Below are positions 8,392-18,105 of a stretch of DNA of 55,826 nucleotides, piece by piece (positions within the stretch are counted from its first letter, which is position 1; each line of letters opens with the position of its first letter). The position numbers and the translations under genes were made by a program. A model generated the notes under the pieces. The model worked only from the letters and a program-made list of their open reading frames with translations. It had not been told where the DNA came from and did not search any database. The DNA comes from a virus (taxonomy: Duplodnaviria > Caudoviricetes), in IMG/VR virus record IMGVR_UViG_3300020045_002251, positions 1 through 55,826 of that record, one strand, 5' to 3'.

Positions 8392-8993
8392 CGCAACCAA
8401 TTGTATTACTTACAGAATCAGACGTAATCACTGCATTGGGTGTTTATCTATATGGCGTTTTACCATCTGATATTGAAATTGTTAGAGGTCAGGATAATCG
8501 CGTCGCTGAACCGGATGCTGATAATTTTGTTGTCGTGACACCAATACTGCAACAGCGACTATCCACCAACGTGCAGTCCTATTTCGATGGTTATTCAACA
8601 TCAACCGATAGCACAAAGAAAGACACGCTTCATAACCAATTGACTTACCAGGTTGATGTTCACGGCCCCAATGCTGCCGATAATACCATGCTGATTTTCA
8701 CTTATTTTAAATCAGACTTTGGCGTTCAATTATTCAAATCATCAAACGCTTATGTTGAGCCATTATATTGCTCAGACCCGCGTCAAATCCCGTTTATCAA
8801 CTCGGAGCAGCAGGTCGAAACGAGATGGTCGATTGATGTTATAATGGATGCAGTTTCATCGGCTCAGATTGTCTTAACTAATTATTTTGCTGGAACGTTA
8901 CAAACAAATATTACTCCGGCAAATACAACAAATGAGGGTATGTCGCCAACAAATCCAATAACAATAACCGGCGGCTTTGTCGATGTTCAATAG
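8388..8993 (+). CDS. Tail/neck terminator protein
   Basis: RGQDNRVAEP, QVDVHGPNA, PLYCSDPRQIPFINSEQQVETRW; directly before the sheath. Confidence 0.7.
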   Translation: MTQPIVLLTESDVITALGVYLYGVLPSDIEIVRGQDNRVAEPDADNFVVVTPILQQRLSTNVQSYFDGYSTSTDSTKKDTLHNQLTYQVDVHGPNAADNTMLIFTYFKSDFGVQLFKSSNAYVEPLYCSDPRQIPFINSEQQVETRWSIDVIMDAVSSAQIVLTNYFAGTLQTNITPANTTNEGMSPTNPITITGGFVDVQ

Positions 8994-9042
8994 TTTTTGT
9001 AAACAACAACGCCCAACAGTGGCAAACATGGATAAATAAAGA

Positions 9043-10572
9043 ATGACTATCCCAGTATCAAATATAGTCAACATTATCCCATCGGTCGTGACGGCTGGCG
9101 GGACATCGTTGCAACTGAACGGCGTTATTGTCGATCAATCACCAAATATCCCACAAAATACAGTGCAAAGTTACTCTTCATTGTCCGCTGTGGGTGCGTT
9201 TTTTGGTACAAGTTCAACTCAATACGCCTTAGCAAGCATTTATTTTGCTGGCTATACCAATGGCACGCAATACCCGTCAACATTGTTTTTCGCTCCATAC
9301 AATGCGGCGGCAGTAGGTGCGTGGGTAGCCGGTGGCTCATTGGCTGGCTTATCATTGACCGCATTGCAAGCCATTACCGGTACTCTGTCAGTCACTATTG
9401 ATGGCACAGTTAAATCTGCGGCGTCATTGAACCTATCTGGTGCTGCATCATTCAGTGCTGCTGCCACGTTGATTGGCACCGCATTATCATTGTCTGGTGG
9501 TCAGACTTGCACATGGGATGCGGTTCGTTCTCGCTTCCAAATCTCATCTGGCACAACCGGCTCAAGCACATCATCAATCACTTATGTATCTGGTACTGCC
9601 GCTGCATCATTGATGCTGACTCAGGTTACTGGCGCGGTATTGTCTCAGGGTGGCGATATCTCCACCCCTACTACTGCCATGAATAACGTGATTGCCAATA
9701 CTCAGAACTGGGCGACATTCATGACATCATTTGAGCCGGTAACCGCAACTAAATTGCTGTTCGCTCAATGGGTGCAAACTCAAAATAAAAAATACCTGTA
9801 TGCCGCATGGGACTCCGATGTGTTGGCCGCCACCTCTGGCGCAACATCTACGTTCGGTGCTCAGGCTGTTGCTGCTGCATACGAGGGTGTTATGCCTATC
9901 GGTGGTGAAACCGTAGCCGCCACTGCTGCGGGTGTATCGCTGGCAACCCTGGCAATGAATACCGCCGCATTCGTTATGGCTGTTGCTGGCTCCATTGATT
10001 TCAGCCGTACCAATGCTCGCATAACTGGCGCATTTAAATCTCAAGCCGGTTTCACGCCTACTGCCATCACATCAACCGGTTCAACCAACCTGATTGGTAA
10101 TGGTTACAATTATTACGGTTCATACGCAACAGCAAATCAGGCATTTCAATTCCTGTATCCTGGCTCCGTAACTGGCACATGGAAATGGTTTGATAACTAT
10201 GTAGATCAAATCTACTACAACAGCCAATTCCAATTGTCGCTGATTACCTTGCTGACTAGTATTGGTTCTGTACCGTATAACAACTCAGGTTATGAGTTGG
10301 TTCGCGCTGCACTGAAAGACCCAATCACATCAATGCTGAACTTTGGTGCCGCCCGTGCTGGCGTAACCCTGTCTAACCTGCAAAAAGCGCAAGTGAATAC
10401 TGCGGCTGGGTTGGTAATTGATAGTGTCATTTATAACCAAGGCTACTACTTGCAAATCCTCGACCCGGGCGCAACCGTTCGCGGCGCTCGTGGTACGCCA
10501 GTGATTAATTATTGGTATTCTGACGGGGGCTCTATCCAGGCTATTACCATGGCATCAATCGACATCATGTAA
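9043..10572 (+). CDS. Tail sheath protein (DUF3383)
   Basis: IPVSNIVNIIPSV, QNWATF, SIDFSRTNARI..AFKSQAG, GYNYYG, WYSDGGSIQ. Confidence 0.85.
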   Translation: MTIPVSNIVNIIPSVVTAGGTSLQLNGVIVDQSPNIPQNTVQSYSSLSAVGAFFGTSSTQYALASIYFAGYTNGTQYPSTLFFAPYNAAAVGAWVAGGSLAGLSLTALQAITGTLSVTIDGTVKSAASLNLSGAASFSAAATLIGTALSLSGGQTCTWDAVRSRFQISSGTTGSSTSSITYVSGTAAASLMLTQVTGAVLSQGGDISTPTTAMNNVIANTQNWATFMTSFEPVTATKLLFAQWVQTQNKKYLYAAWDSDVLAATSGATSTFGAQAVAAAYEGVMPIGGETVAATAAGVSLATLAMNTAAFVMAVAGSIDFSRTNARITGAFKSQAGFTPTAITSTGSTNLIGNGYNYYGSYATANQAFQFLYPGSVTGTWKWFDNYVDQIYYNSQFQLSLITLLTSIGSVPYNNSGYELVRAALKDPITSMLNFGAARAGVTLSNLQKAQVNTAAGLVIDSVIYNQGYYLQILDPGATVRGARGTPVINYWYSDGGSIQAITMASIDIM

Positions 10573-10610
10573 TGAATGGGGGCTTCGGCCCCTTATAAGA
10601 GGTTAAAACA

Positions 10611-11048
10611 ATGGCTCAAAGATTTCTTACATCCGCTGATGTCGTGGCAACAATCACCATCACCGGATTATATCCAGTTCCACAACAGCTGCAGGAATTT
10701 GCTGTAGAAGACATTTTTGGTGTTGATAAAGTAACTCGCGCCGAAATGGTTATGGGTGCAGATGGCAGAGCTGCATACGGCTATATTCCATCGCTGAAAA
10801 AAATCACATTCAAATTTTTAGCGACATCTAAAAGCTTGGATATTTTCGAGGCATTGGCTGGTGCGGAAGATGTGGCGAAAAAGGTTTATCGCATTGATGG
10901 CACTATCCTAATTCCTGCAATCGGGAAAAGCTACACAATGACCAATGGGACGATGACCGCATCCAACATCATGCCAGATGCAAAAAAGACATTGCAGTCT
11001 CAGGATGTCGAATTGACATTTGAAAGCATTTTGCCTGCGTTAATCTAA
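10611..11048 (+). CDS. Tail tube protein
   Basis: Follows the sheath; LTSAD, GLYPVPQQLQEFA, AEMVMGADG, PDAKKTLQ. Confidence 0.75.
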   Translation: MAQRFLTSADVVATITITGLYPVPQQLQEFAVEDIFGVDKVTRAEMVMGADGRAAYGYIPSLKKITFKFLATSKSLDIFEALAGAEDVAKKVYRIDGTILIPAIGKSYTMTNGTMTASNIMPDAKKTLQSQDVELTFESILPALI

Positions 11049-11087
11049 TAAATTTCATTTAGAAAGACTTATCTAAATAAAAATAAA

Positions 11088-11160
11088 ATTGCTGGTCTAG
11101 GTTCGTACGACTGAAAAGCGGAAACCCCTACCGCCTGACCATGCAATCTCTAGGGGAGAA
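11088..11160 (+). promoter_or_regulatory. Candidate structured cis-RNA (junction plus pseudoknot onto a Shine-Dalgarno)
   Basis: attgc/gcaat, ggtc/gacc, gcgg/ccgc stems; loop CCCCTA complementary to TAGGGG at 11151-11156. Confidence 0.5.
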
Positions 11161-11173
11161 TAATGGGAATTCT

Positions 11174-11587
11174 ATGGAAACGTTAACCTATATCGCGCAA
11201 TACGGCAAAGATGCCGGTAAGCAGTTTGAAATCACAAAGATGAGCGCTGATGATGCGGAATGGTTTGCTATTCGCGCATTTCTGGCGTTAGGTAGTAGCG
11301 GCATTGAAGTATCGGATGATATTCAAGCGGCTGGTGCTGGTGGCCTGTTAAAAATGGCTGTCGCCAACTTCTTTAAAATCAAGCCTGATGTATTAAAGCC
11401 ATTGCTCGACGAAATGATGCAAACGGTGAAATATATCCCCGACCCTGCCACGCCAATGGTTAAGCGTCCTTATGCGACCGGCATTATTGAAGATGTGCGC
11501 ACTAAGTTTGAGATTCGCAAAACCATCCTGAGTTTCAATACTGATTTTTTCGATACCGCCGCGATCCAGAATTTGGCCTCCAAGTAA
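11174..11587 (+). CDS. Tail assembly chaperone (gpG-like)
   Basis: GKDAGKQFEITKMSA..AEWFAIRA, KPLLDEMM, IEDVRT...R....FNTDFF; between tube and tape measure. Confidence 0.75.
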   Translation: METLTYIAQYGKDAGKQFEITKMSADDAEWFAIRAFLALGSSGIEVSDDIQAAGAGGLLKMAVANFFKIKPDVLKPLLDEMMQTVKYIPDPATPMVKRPYATGIIEDVRTKFEIRKTILSFNTDFFDTAAIQNLASK

Positions 11588-11775
11588 ACAAAGGAAAGCG
11601 GCGCGAACTCGTTGACTATGTAAATATGCCGCAATTGTGCGCCATCCTGATATCAAACAAGATGGCGACACTACACGAATTGCGGACGGTTTACAGCTTA
11701 GAAGATGCTTATGCGATGATAGATATTATTCGTGTTGATGCATACAACAAGCAGTTAATGAGTGAAGAAGATTAA
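11545..11775 (+). CDS. gpGT-like chaperone extension via -1 frameshift at T TTT TTC
   Basis: Slippery heptamer 11545-11551; the -1 frame is open: RYRRDPEF...LVDYVNMP...ATLHELRTVYSLEDAYAMIDIIRVDAYN*. Confidence 0.7.
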   Translation, partial: FFRYRRDPEFGLQVNKGKRRELVDYVNMPQLCAILISNKMATLHELRTVYSLEDAYAMIDIIRVDAYNKQLMSEED

Positions 11776-11793
11776 GCCCCTAGTGGGGCTTTT
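11774..11793. terminator. Intrinsic terminator, probably bidirectional
   Basis: aagcccc-tagt-ggggctttt. Confidence 0.75.
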
Positions 11794-11981
11794 ACAATGT
11801 AATCAATGCAATAAAAAGCAACCATCCCCATCCTGTTATTCCGTTGAACATAAAATAAATAGCAGCGATAACACATAGCGTTGGAATCGCATTGAAATTT
11901 ATTGGCCTATTGATAATTACTGTCCGTTTTTCGTTATTCACTTCTTTCTCCAGCTTATATTTACATTCACATTTTCAGCTA

Positions 11982-12185
11982 TTAATGTTGACATTCAATC
12001 CACTCCTTCAATCGTTTATTTGCATCTTCATATTCACCAATTAGCTTTTGATTGATATCGATATTAATCCCACGCTCAACACGCTCATAATACAATTCAA
12101 GATAGCTATCGTTGCAGTTAATCATCTGCTTGGCTAACTCTATCGTTAGTCGTGGCGATTTTGGTTTGTAGCCTAGTGAATGCAT
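11982..12185 (-). CDS. Hypothetical protein
   Basis: Member of a packed minus-strand cassette. Confidence 0.55.
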   Translation of the reverse strand: MHSLGYKPKSPRLTIELAKQMINCNDSYLELYYERVERGINIDINQKLIGEYEDANKRLKEWIECQH

Positions 12186-12186
12186 T

Positions 12187-12429
12187 TTATTTTTCCAACT
12201 CTTTGAGTAATGAGTCGGCCATCTCTATGGCATCTTTGGACATGTCATCCCAGCATTGGTATGTTGAATTTCTAGCTCTACTTGCTGCCATAAAATTCAT
12301 TGCAAACATTTCGCGCTTGGTTAGGCCGGTATCGGTTCTTGTAAATAAATATGGCCCACTATTCCCATCAGGGCTGCACGCTTCAATTGCATCATGCACT
12401 GGCATTGCTGGAATATCTGCATTTTTCAT
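12187..12429 (-). CDS. Conserved small phage protein (GLTKRE.FA family)
   Basis: PAMP...TGLTKREMFAM...AIEMADSLLKELEK. Confidence 0.7.
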   Translation of the reverse strand: MKNADIPAMPVHDAIEACSPDGNSGPYLFTRTDTGLTKREMFAMNFMAASRARNSTYQCWDDMSKDAIEMADSLLKELEK

Positions 12430-12668
12430 TCCATTACCTCCTGTGATTTTTTGTACATAAGAAAAATTATATGCTCGGAAAGTCCTTTCCCTCCAATATC
12501 AATATCCCCAGTGAACCCAGCCAATACATGACCACTTAAAACTTCAATCTCATATTTGGCTGTGGTTAGATATCCAGCTGTTTGATATTTTTTAACCAAA
12601 GTTATCTTTTTTAGTAAGCAAGAAACAATATTGTCATGCTTCCCATACCGATAAAATTCAACTTTCAT
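12426..12668 (-). CDS. Hypothetical protein
   Basis: Likely start MKVEFY after GGAGG; ATGA overlap downstream. Confidence 0.55.
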   Translation of the reverse strand: MKVEFYRYGKHDNIVSCLLKKITLVKKYQTAGYLTTAKYEIEVLSGHVLAGFTGDIDIGGKGLSEHIIFLMYKKSQEVME

Positions 12669-12945
12669 ACCCAGCCTCCTTTTCAACTAACTTCACAAGC
12701 TTATAAACATAATCCAATGGTAGCGCCTGCGCAATGATGCCTGATAAAATCTTTCGCGTTCTAACGCCTTTCATTCGCTTTTGCATATGACCACAAGCTT
12801 TCCTGACAAATGTATTCGGCCTATCTTTATTCAATTCCGCAGCTAACAAGCATGTCAGTAGCATAGATCGAAATTCCTCCGATTCTATGCGTTGCATTTC
12901 TGAGGTGTCTGGTGGATAGTTTATGGGCAAGGATAAGTTGATCAT
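12658..12945 (-). CDS. Hypothetical protein
   Basis: ATGA overlap with the upstream gene. Confidence 0.6.
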   Translation of the reverse strand: MINLSLPINYPPDTSEMQRIESEEFRSMLLTCLLAAELNKDRPNTFVRKACGHMQKRMKGVRTRKILSGIIAQALPLDYVYKLVKLVEKEAGYES

Positions 12946-13226
12946 TCGCAGCGTTCCAGAAGTTCTTCTGCCATAAAGATGGTGGCTTGATTTGCGACAC
13001 TATACGTATCACAAGCATCAATCTCGGATAATAGCTTGCCTATCATATCAACAAGCTCATCATGCATATTGATACGTTTAACAATTTCATCTGCCTTGTT
13101 TTCTTTTACCACATGAGCAACAAAACAACTTTCTGAATCAGTAATGTTGCTGAACTTATTGGAATAACTCACCGGCGTCTTAATCATCACAAATCTCCTT
13201 TGGTTTGCTTGTTTTGTAAAATTCAC
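12942..13226 (-). CDS. Hypothetical protein
   Basis: ADEIVKRINMHDELV motif common in small phage proteins; probable start near 13190 (AGGAG). Confidence 0.6.
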   Translation of the reverse strand: MNFTKQANQRRFVMIKTPVSYSNKFSNITDSESCFVAHVVKENKADEIVKRINMHDELVDMIGKLLSEIDACDTYSVANQATIFMAEELLERCE

Positions 13227-13483
13227 ACTTTTGGTATCAGATTTTGTTGTTCACATAAACGGTTAAGCCATTGAATTCTGGTTTCATTGGCGTCGAGCAA
13301 TTCTCTTGCTGGAGTCCATCCAAAGTTATCGCCATACATGCGGGTATTAGATGGCAATGTTTTTAGGTATGCGCTAATTTCACGCGCAACATCCAGCGCC
13401 ATAACATAATCTTTATCAATTAAGTAATCACCATATTGCTTACCGATTATGTTGTACTGCTTCATTTCGTTGCTGATTTGCAT
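13223..13483 (-). CDS. Hypothetical early protein
   Basis: AGGAG RBS; first gene behind a promoter. Confidence 0.7.
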   Translation of the reverse strand: MQISNEMKQYNIIGKQYGDYLIDKDYVMALDVAREISAYLKTLPSNTRMYGDNFGWTPARELLDANETRIQWLNRLCEQQNLIPKV

Positions 13484-13512
13484 TGGCTTATCTCCTGTAA
13501 ATCAATGTTAAA

Positions 13513-13541
13513 AGTGTAATACCTAACAAGCGTGATTGCAA
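13513..13541 (-). promoter_or_regulatory. Sigma70 promoter TTGCAA-N17-TACACT overlapping GTATTAC
   Basis: Canonical spacing; same layout at 26562-26590 and 45972-46000. Confidence 0.7.
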
Positions 13542-13578
13542 GGTAAAAGACCACAAATAATTTTGCGGTCATCATGAA

Positions 13579-14064
13579 TTATTTGAAGTTAAGCAACAAT
13601 TGCGCTTTTTGTCTCAAATCCTCAACCTTGGCTATGTGGTCTTTTCTGATATCTTTCCACTTACTCAATCCGCTGCCGCATCTGCTGGCAATCTCCTTAT
13701 CCTCCGTCATTATCTTCATCGCCATATTTAGCTGTTTCATCACGCTATTTTCTCCGGATAACATTCTTTCCATTTCATTAAATGCATTAATGTATTTAAT
13801 TTTCCATTCAATTGCCTTGACACCCGTAAACCCCATTGCCAACAGAGAAAATCCATCTCTTGTAATTTCAAAGCACGGTAAATCTTTGTTTTGTAATGAT
13901 TTATATGAGGAGGGCGCAAAAGCCCGCTCTCCAAAGTTGCCTGATTTTTTAATTAAATCTCGAACATCCCTAATGACGTCGCGATGGTTTTTACCAAAAA
14001 CATCCGCAACCATCTTTGAATTTACAGTTACTTTACCATTTGTGATTTTTACTAATTCGTTCAT
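13579..14064 (-). CDS. rha: Rha-family phage regulatory protein
   Basis: VNSKMVADVFGKNHRDVIRDV...YKSLQNKDLPCFEITRDGFSLLAMGFTGVKAIEWKIKYINAFNEME. Confidence 0.9.
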   Translation of the reverse strand: MNELVKITNGKVTVNSKMVADVFGKNHRDVIRDVRDLIKKSGNFGERAFAPSSYKSLQNKDLPCFEITRDGFSLLAMGFTGVKAIEWKIKYINAFNEMERMLSGENSVMKQLNMAMKIMTEDKEIASRCGSGLSKWKDIRKDHIAKVEDLRQKAQLLLNFK

Positions 14065-14212
14065 TTAATTAACCTCTCATTGATGATAATCATATTATAC
14101 ACATCCTTTTTATGATACGCAATAATTGCAGCTCATATCACTATTGACGCCCCACTACAACAACAATCCCTCATTCATGTTAAAATAATCACATTACGCA
14201 TGAGGGATTAAA

Positions 14213-16129
14213 ATGCCGACAATTATTGACAGCTTACTGGTCACGCTTGGACTTGATTCGGCAAAGTTCGATGAAGGCACAAAGAAGGCCGGTAAAAGCA
14301 CAGATGAGCTGAAAGCCAAAGCCAAAGAGCTGGAAAAATCCAACAAAGAAGCAAAAGATTCTGTTGATGGATTAACGGCCGGATTTGTTAAATTCTTTGG
14401 AATTATTGGCTCTGCATATGAGTTAAAAAACTTCACAGAAGATGTCATTTTATCCAGCGATAAGCTTGGATTGATGGCCGCTAATCTCGGTGAAGGCGTT
14501 AGCAAGCTAAACATGTGGACTAACATGGCTGAGGCTGCTGGCGGCTCCGCTAGTGGTTTGCAGGGCACTTTGTCGATGTTATCCAAAGCCGCGACAGAAT
14601 TCCAGATAACCGGTAACACTGGCATCTTGAAATTCACGCAGCAGCTCGGCGTGGGACTGTTAGATGCCAATGGTAAAGCCCGCTCAAGCATTGATTTGTT
14701 GCGCGATATTGGCAATGAATTATTAGCACGCTCTGGTGGTGATAGAAATAAAGCATTCAATGTCGGCTCAATGATGGGCATTGATGCTGGCACGTTAAAC
14801 CTGATATTGAAGGGTAACGGTGCCATTGATGCGATGCTTGCCAAGCAAAAAGCAATGTTTCCGATCACTGAGAAACAGGCGGAACAAGCCCGAAATCTAA
14901 ACCAAGCCTATACGGAAATGTCGCAATCATTTGATGCTGGTGGGCGTCAATTTATGTCATTCGTTTATCCTGCATTAATGAAATTCGCAGCTTGGATGAC
15001 TGACGTTAACGAATGGGTTAACCGAAATGGCGACAAAATACAGCAATTCCTGCCTTTAGTTGGTGTAATGGCTGCAACTTATTTCACGCCTGCTATTGTG
15101 TCCGCTACACTGGCTTTTATGCGATTAACCGCTGCATTCTTGTTGTCACCAATCGGATTAGTTACTGCGTTGGCCGGTGCTATTTATCTGTTATGGGATG
15201 ATTATCAGACTTGGAAGAAAGGGGGTGATCATTTAATACCGTGGGAGAAATGGGGCCCAGAGGTAGATATGGCAATTAATGGCATTAATAATTTGAAAAA
15301 TGCCATTAAAGATTTATTGGCGTTAAAGAATCCAGTAGAAAATTGGGATTTATTGGGCTGGCTTGGCGGTAAGTCTGGAATTACATTCGGCAGCATGGGG
15401 CAATCTATCGGCGGAGGGATGGCAAGCGCAAAACAATCAATATCCGGCTGGATGGGTAAACTAGCTGATGCCATAGGGTTTGGTGAATCTGGCGGAAATT
15501 ATAATGCCTATAATACCGGCACAAAAGGCGTAGCTGGCGGGAGAGTTGGTTATTCTGGTGAAAAAGATTTGGCTAATATGACTTTAGATCAAATGCAAGC
15601 AACAGAATCATTATCCGGCACTAATAGAGATAGAATTTTCGCCGCTGGTAAATATCAGATGACGCCCGCATTTATCCGTGATGCAATGCAGAGAATGGGA
15701 TTGAGTGGAAATGAGAAATTCACGCCTGAATTGCAGGACGCTATGTTTGCCGCAATGATGCCACAAATAGCAAATGATTATATGAGCGGTAGGTCTGGCG
15801 TGTCATTGCAGGATGCTCAGGCTGCTATCGCTAGAATGTATCGCTCCATTGAAGACCCGCTAACTGGCCGAACATATGCCGATTCTGGCGCATCTGCTAA
15901 CGCATCTAATAGCTTTGCATCAAATGCAGCATCTAATGCTCTACAGCAAGCTCGCGCGGCAAATACTCAAACTAGCAACACCAACAATACGCAAACAGTA
16001 ACCACGCATGTGGATAATGTAACCATCAACACAGCAGCAACTAATGCTTCTGATATTGCGGCTAATTTCCATCAAGAAATGCAAAAACGCGGGCAGATGG
16101 TTTATTCGGCAGATGGGGGGCTTAATTGA
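14213..16129 (+). CDS. Tape measure protein with a lysozyme-like peptidoglycan hydrolase domain
   Basis: MPTIIDSLLVTLGLD N-terminus, LLWDDYQTWKKGG, C-terminal GESGGNYNAYN...AAGKYQMTP...FTPELQD. Confidence 0.85.
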   Translation: MPTIIDSLLVTLGLDSAKFDEGTKKAGKSTDELKAKAKELEKSNKEAKDSVDGLTAGFVKFFGIIGSAYELKNFTEDVILSSDKLGLMAANLGEGVSKLNMWTNMAEAAGGSASGLQGTLSMLSKAATEFQITGNTGILKFTQQLGVGLLDANGKARSSIDLLRDIGNELLARSGGDRNKAFNVGSMMGIDAGTLNLILKGNGAIDAMLAKQKAMFPITEKQAEQARNLNQAYTEMSQSFDAGGRQFMSFVYPALMKFAAWMTDVNEWVNRNGDKIQQFLPLVGVMAATYFTPAIVSATLAFMRLTAAFLLSPIGLVTALAGAIYLLWDDYQTWKKGGDHLIPWEKWGPEVDMAINGINNLKNAIKDLLALKNPVENWDLLGWLGGKSGITFGSMGQSIGGGMASAKQSISGWMGKLADAIGFGESGGNYNAYNTGTKGVAGGRVGYSGEKDLANMTLDQMQATESLSGTNRDRIFAAGKYQMTPAFIRDAMQRMGLSGNEKFTPELQDAMFAAMMPQIANDYMSGRSGVSLQDAQAAIARMYRSIEDPLTGRTYADSGASANASNSFASNAASNALQQARAANTQTSNTNNTQTVTTHVDNVTINTAATNASDIAANFHQEMQKRGQMVYSADGGLN

Positions 16130-16872
16130 TGAGTTTTGCAAATGTTCCAAATCTTCCTGGTGTTCCAAGCATACCGCGATCTCCTAACGTCAATTATGCG
16201 GCGCAGGCAGCAATCGGATTAATTGAAAGTCAGCTAATAAGCACTATTTTTCCTCGTCCGGTTTGGGGGGTGTTTGATGGGAAAAAGAATAAATTAGTTG
16301 TCGAGGCTGATACTGTACTTTCAATTCAATATAAGAATGAAGCGAGAGTGACAACCGCGCCAACCGCTAATGGCTCATTTGTCGCTTACAACAAAATTAA
16401 GACGCCATATAATGCGGTCGTCAGGATGGTTAAATCAGACAATACTGCATCGCTATTGTCTGGCATATCATCCGCATTATTGGGCACATCAAAGCAATCC
16501 AAAAAAGATTTTCTTACTGCATTAGAGGCTGCGAGAGACTCAACCAATTTATATAAAATTGTTACCCCTGACGCGACATATGAAAATGCCAATATCATTA
16601 GCCTATCCTATCAGCGCTCCGCATCAAGTGGTTCTGATTTGCTAATTGTTGATGTGTTTTTGCAAGAAATTAGAACAGCGACATCTGTTTATTCGTCATC
16701 AAGCAAACTTCCTAACGCCACTGATCCATCGGCTGCGGATGTCACTGGCACAGGTAAAGCGCAAACATCTAGCGATTCATCGATACTATCTAATCTTGCT
16801 AAGATGGGTGCAGATGGCGTATCAAATGGCGAAAAAATGTTATCATCTGCTAAATCGTATTTAGGATATTGA
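16129..16872 (+). CDS. Baseplate/tube-initiator (Dit-like) protein
   Basis: VPNLPGVP, WGVFD, P..NGSFVAYNK..TPY, IVTPDATYEN, LQEIR. Confidence 0.65.
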   Translation: MSFANVPNLPGVPSIPRSPNVNYAAQAAIGLIESQLISTIFPRPVWGVFDGKKNKLVVEADTVLSIQYKNEARVTTAPTANGSFVAYNKIKTPYNAVVRMVKSDNTASLLSGISSALLGTSKQSKKDFLTALEAARDSTNLYKIVTPDATYENANIISLSYQRSASSGSDLLIVDVFLQEIRTATSVYSSSSKLPNATDPSAADVTGTGKAQTSSDSSILSNLAKMGADGVSNGEKMLSSAKSYLGY

Positions 16873-16873
16873 T

Positions 16874-17173
16874 ATGTTAATTATTCCTATTTCTGCATTA
16901 GCAAATCAACAATTTAGTGTGACTTTAGCCGGTCAAAACTGTGTCATTAATTTGTATCAGAAATCGACAGGTGTATTTTTAGATTTGACTGTAAATGATG
17001 TGATTATTTGCCAAGGTGCATTGGTGCTTGGTCAGTCATTAATTGTGAAAAATACTTATCGAGGATTCGTTGGTAACTTGATGATTATGGATACGCAGGG
17101 ATTTACCGACCCAGATTACACGGGATTCGGTGACCGGTATCAATTATATTATGTCGAGGAGTCTGACCTGTGA
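16874..17173 (+). CDS. Baseplate plug/small baseplate protein
   Basis: IPISALANQQFSVTLAGQNC, GFVGNL...DTQG..DPDYTGFGDRYQLYY. Confidence 0.7.
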   Translation: MLIIPISALANQQFSVTLAGQNCVINLYQKSTGVFLDLTVNDVIICQGALVLGQSLIVKNTYRGFVGNLMIMDTQGFTDPDYTGFGDRYQLYYVEESDL

Positions 17174-18105
17174 CCATTGACGTAGCAGTTAATCCGCCAT
17201 CAACAACAAGCGCGACTGATAACAGTTTTGTTAATGTCAAAGATTTAGAGTTCACTATCACATTAGCAAAAGGCACATTCAGCGGCACAGATAAAAATGT
17301 ATTAACGCTGTCTGGCTTTCGCGCCGTTGTTGACATTGATAATGCAGGTTCTATAGATCAATTCTATCAATCTCCAATCGCTACATGCCGAATTTATGGT
17401 ATGAGCATGGCAGACATGAATCAATTGACGGTGTTAAATCTTAATGTTAACGGCATCATGAATAATACCATTAAGATTGTCGCAATCGATGGCGCAACAA
17501 GAACGACCGTTTATTTTGGGTCAATGATTAATGCGTGGGCTGATTTCTCATCAATACCAGACGTCTGCTTTCGCATATCAACCAATGCCGGATACACAGC
17601 AGCCACTAAGCCAGCAGAGCCAACATCATTTGATGGTGACACTGATGCTAAGGAATTATTCAGATTCTTTGCAAATCAGATGGGAATGGAAATAGAGTGC
17701 GATCAACTAACTGGCGTTTACAGTCATTATCATTTTGACGGGTCGTATTTACAACAAGCGCGTGATGCTGCTGCATTTGCCAATCTTGATTTATTGATTG
17801 ATATTAATACTTTGATTGTCATACCAAAAAATAAGAATCGCAAGATGTCGATACCGGTTATCGATGAATTTAGCGGGCTTATTGGTTATCCGCATCTTGA
17901 TATCATCGGCCCATATTTTACAACACTATTTAATCCATCAATTGTCATTCACGGTCAATTGATATTGAGAAACTCAATCGTAACGCCTGCGAATGGTAAA
18001 TGGTCAATCATGGGTGTTAAGCATCATTTAAGCTCAAATATGCCAAATGGCCCTTGGTTTACTGAGGTGCGATGCTCAAATAAGGAGTTAGTAGTCGGTG
18101 TCTAA
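17170..18105 (+). CDS. Baseplate hub protein
   Basis: IYGMSMADMNQLT, GLIGYP, LFNPSI, NGPWFTEV; synteny. Confidence 0.7.
   Translation: MTIDVAVNPPSTTSATDNSFVNVKDLEFTITLAKGTFSGTDKNVLTLSGFRAVVDIDNAGSIDQFYQSPIATCRIYGMSMADMNQLTVLNLNVNGIMNNTIKIVAIDGATRTTVYFGSMINAWADFSSIPDVCFRISTNAGYTAATKPAEPTSFDGDTDAKELFRFFANQMGMEIECDQLTGVYSHYHFDGSYLQQARDAAAFANLDLLIDINTLIVIPKNKNRKMSIPVIDEFSGLIGYPHLDIIGPYFTTLFNPSIVIHGQLILRNSIVTPANGKWSIMGVKHHLSSNMPNGPWFTEVRCSNKELVVGV

Noticed and set aside
13574-14068. 164-aa plus-strand ORF and other long antisense ORFs (14194-14868, 18286-18762, 1811-2152)
   Set aside because: Shadows of well-supported genes on the opposite strand
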